A stretch of DNA of 59,726 nt, filler included, from Jimgerdemannia flammicorona (taxonomy: Eukaryota): the NCBI GenBank assembly GCA_003990765.1. It is 2 parts of 2 records of this genome, joined end to end, with 100 filler letters (N's around TTAATTAATTAA, not from the genome) between each part and the next. Parts side by side here need not be neighbours in the genome. Positions count along the whole stretch, not along the records: positions 29,916 to 59,726 come from RBNJ01000469.1; 1 more part is not named here. One strand, written 5' to 3'. The stretch's first letter is position 1; each line of letters opens with the position of its first letter. Of this stretch, positions 39,603-51,100 are shown piece after piece. The position numbers and the translations under genes were made by a program. The notes beneath the pieces were generated by a model. That model saw nothing but the letters and a program-made list of their open reading frames with translations. It did not search any database and had not been told where the DNA came from.

Positions 39603-40027
39603 CTTCTTATTGTCGACGGCATCTCAGCAATGATGTATAGATGTCCCTTGAAAGGATTGTCTGTGAAGATTTCAGCAATCTTGATCCATGGTCGCAGTAA
39701 TTTTCCGCCAGTCTTGAAGTCAAATGTAGGGGGTAAGTGTCTTGAGGTCATTCAATGGAATGTCGACCCTCCAGAGTGTGAGCTCGCCAGCATCAATGTT
39801 GACCATCTTGTTTGCCTTCTCTGCCTTTACCAGCTTCTTGAGATCGCTAATATAGGTAGTTTTTGTGAGCTCAACTTTGAAGACCTGGATCGTCGCCATA
39901 GACGAGACAGAAGAGCGTTATAGCAGATGAGGACTGTAAAGGGTAATAAAACAATGAGCTGTAAGCCCCCCAGAGAGCTGAGTGAGTAAGCAAAAATAAA
40001 AATATATATATATATATATACCTGCAT
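39603..40027 (-). pseudogene. Crinkler header CRN-D, a close duplicate of CRN-A exons 1-2, frameshifted
   Basis: 39603-40050 aligns with 31404-31860 including the intron. 8-nt deletion after GDDPG and a +1 G near 39730. Confidence 0.88.
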
Positions 40028-40199
40028 TGTTGGCACGTTGTCTGTTGTTGTCGCGGGTCAAACATTATAACGGCTTGTGTTTTATTATTTCTCGACTGTT
40101 TACATCACGCGGATTACCCAATTAAAACTCGTTAAAAGTTTTAGCTGTCCCGCAAGCGGATGGATGTGACTGCGATTTGGTTACACTCGTGCACGCCTG

Positions 40200-41437
40200 T
40201 GGGGGCGGCAGACAAGAATGCAAGTCTGCAAGTTCTTATTCACGTTGGCAAGGCGTAGTGTGTCAACAAATTCGAGATTGCCCGTGTCTTTATCTTCGAA
40301 AATGAGAGCCCTTGTATGATCGCTCTGCGAGCCGCAATGTCCCATGAAATGAAGCACCGTTGCCATTTCGGGCTTACTCATAAGCGAAGAGTACATTCTT
40401 TCGATGGTCGGCGGGAACACACGGTGCAATAACACTGTTTGATTATTTTTGTCATACTCATCGAACAATGTCTGGAATTGATCGCTCAAATGCAGATCTG
40501 GAAAATTCTTCGCCTTGGGATCGTTTGGCGGGAAGATGGGTTCCGGTACAATGGTGACGATACATAGCGGAAGTTGCGGAAGCTTCGATGGCTGAGGCCC
40601 ATTCAGATTGCGCAATGGCTGAGATCCCTTCGGATTGTGCAATGGCTGAGGCCCTTTCATTCCGTTCGATGGCTCAGATGGCCTCAGATTGTGCGATGGC
40701 TGAGGGCCCTTCGGACTGTGTGATGGCTCGGACCCCTTCAGATTGCGCGAAGGCAGAGACCCCTTCGGATTGTGCGATGGCTCAGACCCTTTCGGATTGT
40801 GCGATGCTTGGGGCCTTCTCGGATTGTACGATGGCTGAAGGACCTTCGGATTGTGTGATGTCTGGGACCCCTTCGGACTGTGCGATGGCACAGACCCTTT
40901 CGGATTGCGCAATGTCTGAGGCCCCTTCAGCTGAGGGACCTTCGGATTGTGCGATTCCTGGGACCCCTTTGGATAGTGCGATATCTGAGCGACATTGTGC
41001 AAAAATTTCGATTGCTGAGGTACCTTCGGTTTGTGCAAGCATACAAATATACAGTAACTAGTCAAATATGCATTGTTGCCCCATGCATACTCCCAAGGGA
41101 TGATGTCAAGGTCGGGGTCATGGTTTAGCTCAAGTAAAATTCGACCGGTTGGGCTAGGTGGCAAAATTGCATCAAACAATTGCCGAGCAAGACTAGCATT
41201 ATCTCCTGAGAAGAGGGCCCTAAATAACAACTTTCCATATTTTCTGAGTTCTGTAGACTTGGGTTGCTTGTCGAAGACTTCGATGGTGATGGATCGACCA
41301 GCTTCGATTTGTTAAAGGTCAAAGAAATGGCTGTAAATGAGCTGTACCTGCTCGTCATCAGTGATGGTAACATTAACAAGGACTCTGATTCCTTCGGGGT
41401 TGTCACCGTTGTTATCCTTTGATAAGGATATTTGCAT
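40200..41437 (-). pseudogene. Intronless CHAT (caspase-like, HetF family) protease relic with an internal 9-aa repeat
   Basis: YGKLLFRALF, LDIIPWEY, LHRVFPPT, VLHFMGH (catalytic His), ALIFED. LAFLSA follows a 1-nt shift but breaks off before the catalytic Cys. In-frame TAA at ~41312 after ATG 41437. Confidence 0.8.
40585..41035. repeat. 27-bp coding minisatellite (~16 units, SHNPKGSQP-like)
   Basis: Unit like CCCTTCGGATTGTGCGATGGCTCAGAC; open in several frames on both strands. Confidence 0.92.
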
Positions 41438-41954
41438 GTTTGTGAGTATGGTATGGGATATTGGTTTCGAGAATTCGTGCTTGCGTTTGACAGACGTGAC
41501 AGTGTAAAAGCTGGTTCGCTGAATTCATCCATTGTCACGTGCTCCTTGGAACCTTATGGTTGTTGTGGAATGATGACGTGGGGGTACTTACAAAACACTA
41601 TATAAGCTTTGCCGTTCTGAGGCAATTCTTTAAGGTTACATAATATCCTTATGTAATTAATAATAATTCTCTACATTTTTTTAACAAAGCTGATGACCAA
41701 AATTACCCATTGTGAATATTTATCTACACTTTGCAGAAGGATTTAGAAAACTAAATTGAAACATTGGTGGTGAAGTACTTTATTTCTTTTGTCAATCTCC
41801 CTATATTTAAATATTAGGTATTCTAACCTAAACTTCCACTCTGGAAGTAGGTGAGGCAGGTGACATCCTGAGACATAATGCCAGATCATGATATTTATTA
41901 TCTAATAGATTACAATATATATAAGAGATGGACAACTGATATCTGAGAATGATA

Positions 41955-43595
41955 AACTGAGTGACAGATGCTGAGTCAAGTAATGGATGCTGAGTCAAGT
42001 AATAGATACCGAGTCAAGTAATGGATACTGAGTTGAGTAATAAATGCTGAGTCAAGTAATGGATACTATAATATGCCTGGCTCAATGGAGGCAAATTACA
42101 AGATTGGAGGTTGATATAGTTTGGCTTGAGCCCCCAGTTACTTTATTCAAAAGCAATAAAATGTTCTAAGATTCCTGAGGTCCTTATTGATATCTAGTGG
42201 TATAATAGTTAATCTGAATATAATAGTAGTTCCTCTGACTGCATAGTGGTCAATTTGTATATTTATTTCCTAATTAGGATGGTTCTCTGGGTATAGTAGT
42301 GATCTGTGAATGGGTTTTCTTCTTGGGTCAACTGGGAATTGGTAGAATTTTGTATATAGCATAACAAATTCCTTATATATGATGATCTGGCAATTTAGCA
42401 GTTTTCTTTCTTAGGTAATAGCAATCTCCAAAAGTATGTGATTTCTGCATAATAATCTCTTGTATAGCATGGTGGTTTCCTAAAATGGCAGCTTACTGGG
42501 AATTATTCTGGTTGCAGGTTCTTCTGTATTAGCTCACTAGGAATAAACTAATAACTTAGATAACTTAGATGTCACCAATTCTTTCTAAATTGATGTGCTC
42601 TCTGGAAATATTACTCAGGTAGTGTGGATAGCTTGGATAACTCAGATGATGCAGATTCTGTCTGAATCAGTAGGGCTCTTCTGAGAATGTAGTGAATAAC
42701 TCAAAAATGGTGGATAACATGGATTCTTCCTGAATTAGTAGCTTCAACTAGAAAATATAACTAGCAGCTTCAGGAAAGGGTCTCTTGGCAAAGTTGTATC
42801 AAAGACTGGCTTTGTTTGTATGAATGGATTCACTGTGAAGTTATATCAGAAACTGGCTTGAGTAAGGCAGCTTTCTCTTAGGTAGCAGAAAAGGCAAAAA
42901 TCTTCAGGCTTATCTAGCAAGTAAACCAAAATGGACTTTTTCTTTATATCAGAAAGTAGACCAGAGTGAGAAAGGAGCAAAGCTCACAATCTCCTAGTAG
43001 TGGCTATAGAGTAGGTATTTCTCCTAAATATTATAATCCTTTCTGGATCAAGTGACTTTTGATAGATATATCTCTTGAAGTATAGTAGGTAGACTTGTCT
43101 TTTGCTTTATATTTCAGAACTGTGGTTTATTCACTCTTATCTCTGGGGTATTTTATACAGTTGTGATTGCTACCTAGTTGCTATATGGTTAATTATAGAT
43201 TGCTATCTATAGTAAGTATTCCTTAAAGATATAGTATACCTTGAGGGTATAGTGTATCTTGAGGATATGGTATACCTTGAGAGTATGGTATATCTGGAGG
43301 ATATAGATAAACATATTGTTTCTGGTATCTCTGGCTAAATATATAGATTGGTATAGAAAAGCAGTCTTGGTTGCTTAGTATATAGTATATGGCTAATTTA
43401 TAATTTCAGTGATACAATTCTGTTACTTTTCACAATACTAAGTTGAGTAATAGATACCAAGTCAAGTAATGGATGCTGAGTTGAGTAATGGAGACTGAGT
43501 TGAGTAATAGAGACTGAGTCAAGTAATAGAGACTGAGTTGAGTAATGAAGACTGAGTAATAGTGACTGAGTGATAAAGGCCAAGTAATGGAGACT
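41955..43595. repeat. 19-bp minisatellite (CTGAGTCAAGTAATGGATG) split in two by a solo LTR
   Basis: Units at ~41955-42066 and ~43435-43595; register continues across the insertion. Confidence 0.88.
42067..43434 (-). mobile_element. Solo LTR related to gypsy family C
   Basis: Reverse complement matches LTR 55323-56716 (ggacctcaggaatcttagaacattttattgc...gcctccattgagccag). 4-bp TSD ATAC (42063-42066, 43435-43438). Confidence 0.88.
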
Positions 43596-44364
43596 ACAGC
43601 ACCTATTATTGAAATAAAAGTAAAGTATGAAATGTGAAAATATAACAAAGGTACAGTATTTCTCTACCTACAACTGTCTCAGGATAGTATATATATATAA
43701 GTCTCAATATAGTCATACATACATATCTCCTAAAAGAATATTTAATTTTAACTTATAAAAAGAAACCATATCTTAACTATCTATTAATTAAAGTCTGTTG
43801 GCCTTAAGTTAATATATGGGAAGATATTCCAGTATAGTGGGTAGGTGTGGATCTCATCTTCTTACTAGTGATATACTACTGGTCCAGCATAGTCACCCAA
43901 AGGCTAGATTTATATAATTGTGGTTATACCTCAATTGTCAAATATGAGTCTCATTATGATTCAACAGAGTAGTGTCCTCACTAATGGAAAGAATTTGGCA
44001 TAAAGAGAGAGTATATGGTGTAAGAAGACTATCAAGAGTACAGGCAACATCCCAGAGGTTGAGAATATATAGAATAATATTAGAGCATAATATTAAAGTA
44101 TGGATAGTGTGGATGGTATGGATAGAGTGAATAGTGTAGATGATGTAGAGTAGAAATAATAAAGAGAAACTATGAAGTAAATGACATTCATGAGTAGTAT
44201 ATATATGTAAGTAGTATATATATGGAAATAGTATGAGAGATATATATGTAAGTAGGATATAGAAGCAACTATAAAAGGGTGTTATATATAGTTGATGTAA
44301 TTGTGATATTTTGTAACTCATCCAAATAATAAGGGCTTGCAATAAGAGCTTGAGGTCAAAAGCT

Positions 44365-44484
44365 CTTTACTGCTCTAAGTTCTTTGCTACTCACTGCCTA
44401 AGTTCTTTGCTACTTGCTGCTCTAAGTTCTTTGCTGCTCACTGCTCTAAGTTCATTACTGCTCACTGCTCTAAGTTCTTTACTA
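44365..44484. repeat. 24-bp tandem repeat, ~5 units (CTCACTGCTCTAAGTTCTTTGCTG)
   Basis: Directly visible repeat units. Confidence 0.88.
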
Positions 44485-44634
44485 TAGTAGAGCTTGTAGG
44501 GTATGGACATAGGAAAAACTATAAAGAGTATAACTATCATAAAAACAGTGAGATATATATGGGTAGAGTAAACAATACTGAGAGCAGTATATGTTTGTCA
44601 ATTAGATTGGATTCATATTCACTTTCATTTTTAA

Positions 44635-44970
44635 CTTGGCAAAATGATATCTGATTTTGATGTACTTAGGCTTATTAGAAAAGTCATGATTCAGGGATTT
44701 CTATTAAGTCTAAGTCTATTAAAATTGTATGCCATTTTGCAAAGATATAGGTGAAAACATCAAATCACTATTTGATATATTGACCACTACATCAATTACA
44801 TGTATTTATTAACTAGACTAAATTAGGCCACACTTGACATATTGGCTGTTCTCACTTATAACTTGGCAAAATGTTATCCGATTTTAATGTATCTAGGCTT
44901 AATGGAATGCAATGATTTAGGGCTTTCTAACGAGCCTATGTATATTAAAATCAGATGCCATTTCACTAAG
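44635..44970. repeat. Two direct copies of a ~110-bp imperfect palindrome
   Basis: 44635-44744 and 44862-44970: GCAAAATG..ATCCGATTTT..TAGGCTT..loop..GAGCCTA..AAAATCAGATGCCATTT. Confidence 0.75.
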
Positions 44971-46493
44971 ATCTAGGTGAAAATGTCAAATCATTAACAA
45001 TTATAAAGTGGCATAAGAAATTCAATATGAACACCTTTTTCTGCTACCTTATCAGTCACAATGGTTTGGTAGGCAATCTTCCAAGTCTACTTTCTACAAT
45101 TACCACTCCCTCTACCTTGGGTTAATTTGCTGTATCTATTGCAGGGTAGTGAGAGAGAGGCAATGGTGATGAGTTACCCTTTTATCAGTGTCCAATAAGT
45201 ATTTTCTTCACTTTTTTGCAGTTTCTGGTGCCTTTGGCTATATCTAGAGTACATTCATTTTGGTGTAACATCTTCATCCTTTTGTTATTACCAACAAGGT
45301 ACTGTTTTAGTATATCACAGGTTATATAGGAAGTCGGCTGATCTTGGACATCAAGTACCCAGTATAGGTTACCTGCAGGTTCTTGGTGCCTGTGGTATGG
45401 TCCTCTGACTTTAGCAAGCTTCCTGGCAAACATAGATCTGGTATAAGTGACTGTTTTTTGGGTATTATTGAGATGGGAGGAGAGATAGCCATTATAAATA
45501 GTTAGAAGGGCAATTATGGTAAACTAGTAGAGTGTTAGGCTGAGGGCAGTCATCAGACCTGAGGTAGGTGCTGCTTCAATTGGGTCTTTTGATTGGTGCA
45601 GAGCAGTTAGGTGATAGGTATCACTCTCAGCTTCTTTTGGCAATTTGGTGGATTGGGCTCCAGTTATTAGGGGGGAGTTGGGGGGCCTGAGGCTATCCAT
45701 TTCAGGTATCTTGGCTGCACTCAACTGAAACCAAGAGCTGATAATCAAGGCCTACAGGCTTAAGTAGTGTGGTATTAGAGGTCTCCTCCCACCTCACATA
45801 TAAGTTCTTTACTCATCTCACTGGGAGAACTAGGTCCTATCTACTATAATATACTTTGATGAGAGTTTTTCTTTGCCTGTCATTCTCTTTAGGATGGCAG
45901 GGGCTATTCTATTCAGCTCAGGCATGGTCTTATATATATATTGGGGTCTCAGGCATATGCTTTCAGTCATTGGCATATGGTTGAGTTCCCCCTAGTGGTA
46001 GGAAGAGCATGGTATACAGAATGAGATGCAGGCTACTATAGGCCCTGCTGTATCTGGTATAGTCAAGCTGCTGGACAATAGCTAGTCTAGATTAATGAGG
46101 GAGCAGTGCTTGATGGGTGGTGGGAGAGGGTTTTGGCCTATTTAGTCTAGGTTCCATTCTAATAAAAATCTGTGAGACTCTGAGTCTATAAAACAAAAGA
46201 AGTAGTATAAGAAATTTGTTAACTACAGTATCACTTGCAAAAGAACTAACATTTTCAGACAAGGACTACCTGACTTATATAGATAGATAAATCTTATATA
46301 TAGCTATTGTAAATTATCATATCTCTGAAGATTGTAACAATATAAATATTTTGTTGATATATTTGTCTGCTTATGTATATATAGTCTTTCTTATAAGTAT
46401 TATAAAGTCTAGAGTAGAGTATTTTGCTCAGAACTTTTATGAACATATTTATCTATATTGTGGTTAGGGTATGTGTATTTATCTTATAGGTAG

Positions 46494-48062
46494 TATAATG
46501 GTGACCCCAGAATGATGACATCAGTACAGGAGACAGTCTTTCCTTACAAGTCACCAGATTGGAGCACAAGAAGATCATATGGCAGATGAGATGAGCAATA
46601 ATGAACAACTGTAAGTCATTGTGATCACAGTATAAGCATCCTGAGGAATATAAAAAAAGGATCAAGAAACTGCAGTAACAGCAACCAATAAGACCCACCA
46701 ATCCCAAAATAGCTCAAAGACTCACTATAAATAAAATGTCTGCTGCCCACCAAACCTCAAGATTAAGGAACTACCAAGATATTTTAGTTGAAGAAAGGAT
46801 GTTTCAAGACATCAGAAGAGCCATGAGGACCTACTCAAGAAGGATTCCTAGTGTCAACCTGGGTACCAGTAACTCTTATCATTATATTCTCTACTGTCAT
46901 GAAATAGAAACAAGGATCACCATTGCTACCAAATGTCTCTAAATGTGGCAGAAGTATGAAATAGGAAACCTCCTCTGCTAGGAGTTCCCACAGGCCAGTA
47001 CTCAAGAACTATAAGATGCTACTCCCATAGATATATGCAAAATGGAGACAGCTAAGAAGATCCATCAGATCTTCAGGCAAGCACTATGGTTGATCCCCAA
47101 CTTGGAGTATGTTAGAGTCTCAGATTTCAAAGATCTGTCATCCTGCCATATCAATGCTCTAGAAGTCAGAATGGCTACCAAAGCCCAGTCCACTACTACC
47201 CTCAATAGTGATGAAGTAGAATACTTCTGGCATCCTATCCTCTACGACAATCTAGACCAATTTCTGCAAGGATTGATCTCAGTATTCCAAGGCCTAAGCA
47301 TCTAGGTTAGACCTCCCCAGGACCCCACATTTGTCCCCTATTTTGTGGAAGAGAACCTCATAGACTGGAGAGCTCCAGATCTCCTTGTCCCCACCACTGC
47401 TGCTGAATGTGATGATGTCATTAGTAATGATGTCATCTCATGTGACATCGAAGCACACAAAATGCATGACATATGTGAGATATATGATCTATATGATGAT
47501 AATGATGAGACAGACAAGACATTTGTAGACCTCATCTCCTTCAAAGACATCCTGACCTCTGATAATGAAGCCCCTATGGTCTTGGACATTCTGCTCTAAT
47601 TTTTAGGTGATGCAGAATTGTTCCAGCACTGGTATTTTGATATAACACTGAATAATGCCAGCACCAGTATTCTGATGTGACACCAAATTATACCAGCATC
47701 CTGAACCTATACAACTATCAGTACTGACCCTGGAACTTAGCAGTTTTTCCAGTCCTGGCATTTTATTTTAGTTATTGGAATTTATATTTGGCTTTATATC
47801 TTGGCAACTATTGAATTATATTTTGCATAAATACTCCTCTTATTTTCTCTGAAATAAAGTCAGTTCCAGTTCACTTACACACAATCTCTTACAAGCAATC
47901 TAAGAGATAACAAGACAGTTAAAGATAAGAAGTTTGAGGACTATAAGATTTTGGGAAGGCACTCCAATAAGAACTTGCTTATAACAAACTTGAGTTAGTC
48001 TAAGAGATATACCTTAAAGAGAATCTGACATATTTGAAGGACTTAGCAACCACTATGTAACA
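46494..48062 (+). repeat. 5' LTR of family A copy 2
   Basis: Direct repeat of 53748-55314; ends TGTAACA. Confidence 0.95.
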
Positions 48063-48119
48063 ACTTAGTATCCATTGGCTGGTGATTTAAGACAAATCCC
48101 TCACTTTCAAGCTGAAAAA

Positions 48120-51100
48120 TGAACAACCCCCACAACAACTACTCTGACTACAAGAGTCACCCCTACAAGAATTCAAAACAAGATAAAAATGTGTCCCCCC
48201 ACATTCTATAGATATACTACTGAAGAGTCAATCCTGACCTTCATTGAAGACTTTGAACAATTTGCCACTGTATAAGTCCTCAATGTAGATGCACAATTAG
48301 CCCTTCTACTAGTCAGCCTCAGAGGACCTGCCAGAGATAAGTTCAATGCAACCACTATTGCCAATAATGGTGCAGCCAAACTTACCAACATGAAGGCCTT
48401 CCTCAGAACAATATACTATACTGAAGAGATCAAGCAAGCTCTCAAGGATCAACTCAATACTATCTGCCAGAGACTTAGTGAAGATCTCAACTCATTCTAT
48501 ATCCAAATCTGCCACCAGATTATCCTGGCTAGCTATGATGATGCCCTCAAGGAACAAATAGCAGATTCAACCTTCCTCAAAGGAGTTTACTCTGAAATTA
48601 CCTTAGCAATCTGGTCTATCCTGGCTGTACTGACCCTTGATCAGAAAGTGGTCTTTATACAGAGATATGGACTGCTAGACACCCTGCCAAACACTCAATG
48701 GAGAAAATAACTGTCATCAAGATAGAGCCATCAAAGTCAACTAGTATTATATCTGCCACAGTTGTAAACAGACAACCAATCCAACCTATCCCCAAGGCAG
48801 CCAAAGCTGACCCAGTGGAAGAACTCACCAAGCAGTTCACTGAGATGACTGTACACCTTGGTGATGTTAGAGAAGTCCAAAACACCAACAGGAGACCAGT
48901 GCAGATATTTGCAGTTACTACAGAAGAATGCAATATCACATGCTTCAGATGTAGAGAAGAAGGCCACTATGCAAAGAATTGCATGACTGAAACAAGATAT
49001 AAAGCCCAACCAAGCAATGCTAGCAGAACTAGAAAACAAACCAATGCAGTAGTCATTGAAGAGATTGGTGATACTGATGATGAAGAATACTATGAGGAGC
49101 TCAAATTCTACCCTGCTACTGAAGGTACCAGAACCCAGTCTAAGCCCTATGACAGGAAGAGCAATAGCAAGCCAGTTGGAAGACCAAAGAAGACCCCAGC
49201 TGTTACTATTCAAAGTAAGACCCAACTCAAGGAGATTGATCAAGATATAGAGTTAGATGAAACTGCCCACCAAATTATTGAAGACAATACTCCAGTCTCA
49301 GGAGAAAGTGAGAGCAAGAAGGAACAGAAGCTGTACAAGACCAAGATCCATCAGTATAATATCTACAAGAACCTTAAGGAATAGAAGGTCAATGCTACTT
49401 TTGGACAACTAGCTGAAGTCTCTGCCTTCATATAACAGTTGAGAGTAGGACTTGCAACTACTGCCAAGAATCAAGAGTACAAGATTGTAGAAGCTCACAA
49501 TGTACAGGAAGAATATGAAAACTCAGGTGAAGAATCTGAAGATCAGTACAAGACATCAACCTATACTCCATATCAGATTGAAGACTGTATCTTTGATACC
49601 ATCATTGATACCAGTGCTGGAGGATGTCTCATGAGCAAGAAGGCAATTGACCACCTAGGTTGGGACATTGAAGAGTCCACCAAGATGGTCTATGTTACAG
49701 CAGATGGTACACAAGCTACTCCTCTTGACAGAATCTGAGAAGTCCCCATCAAGATAGGAGGAGCTACTATCTCAGTAGATGTGATTGTTACAAGCGCCAC
49801 CAACTATGACATCCTCATTAGCAACCAATGGCTTTATAAAACCAAGGCCATCATTGACCTCAATGCCCAGAAGATGCAGATCAACTATAGAGGAAGAAAG
49901 GTATGAGTCTCTATCAATGTCCACAAAGGAGTCCTACCAGACATGGAGGAAGGAGATGAAGAGGATACAGAGGTCTTCATGCACTTGGTGAATAAGAACA
50001 AGAACAAGACATCCAAGCTCACAGATGAGCAGTAGTACAACAAGATCATCGATGGCTATGCCCCTCAAGGAAGATGCCCCCATCATATTAGGATATACTG
50101 CTCTGAATACCTGAATGACTGCTGGTCTTATATCAGTAAAGTCAGGAAAATCTGTCAACAGAAATATGAGCAAGAAGCTGCCAAAGCAAAAAGAAAAGTT
50201 GAAGAAGATGACCAGCTCTCAGAGATTCAGGCTGATAGTAACAATGAGGAGGAACAAGAATCGGACATCACCCTCAAGGTTAAGAAGTTTCACCCCAAAG
50301 CTAAGATCCCAGAATACAAGACTGAAGGAGCCATAGAAATGGACCTTGCCAGCATTCAAGATACTACCCTCAAACCACAGACCACCACCCTACTTGGCAC
50401 TGAAATTGGAGTCAAGCTGCCAGAAAACCATGCTGGAATTATCAAGATCAAGAGCAGTCTGGCCAAAAGCAAAATCTCAGTTAAAGGAGGAGTAATTGAC
50501 CCTGATTACACTGGCAAGATCTTCCTCATAGTCAGGAATCACAACCCCACCACTCCATTTGAAGTCAAGAAGTATGACAGGATTGGCCAGATGCTGATCC
50601 ATGAAATCAAGAAGCCCAAGATCATAGAAGCCATCAAACTCATCAAGATCAAGAGAGGAGAACAAGACTTTGGATCTATCAGAAGAGGAGCCTATGCTGC
50701 TACCAAGATTACCAAACTTAAGCACAAGAAAGATAAGGACTAGAACAAGCACATATATACTTTTGGAGAAAACTTTCCCCTAAAAGAACAACTTCTCATG
50801 ATCTTGCATCAGAATGAAGGAGTACTTGCTACAGACTTCAGAGATATCCACAACCAAAAATCCAAGTACTACTATGAAGTTGACACTAGTGATACCAAGC
50901 CCATCTACCAGAAAGCCAGACCCATACCACCTGCCTACAGAGAATGGCTGCAAGCAGAACTCAAGGAAATGAAAGAAGTTGGAATTATCAAGTAAGCTAT
51001 CAGCCCCTGGGCCTCACCCATTGTCCTTGCCCCAAAGAAAGGAAGTAAGCCTAGAGAGTTTGTACCAAAACTCTGTATTGACTACAGGAAGCTCAATGCC

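Noticed and set aside
40588..41061. Plus-strand MAEGPSDCA repeat protein
   Set aside because: Antisense reading of the 27-bp repeat; the CHAT motifs fix the minus strand as coding.
41955..43595. 19-bp repeats (and the 24-bp repeats at 44365-44484) as CRISPR-like arrays
   Set aside because: Head-to-tail units with no unique spacers, no cas genes, eukaryotic context.
41864..43685. 11-bp inverted repeat ATCCTGAGACA / TGTCTCAGGAT around the minisatellite
   Set aside because: Does not extend, has no TSD, and is plausible by chance over ~2 kb.
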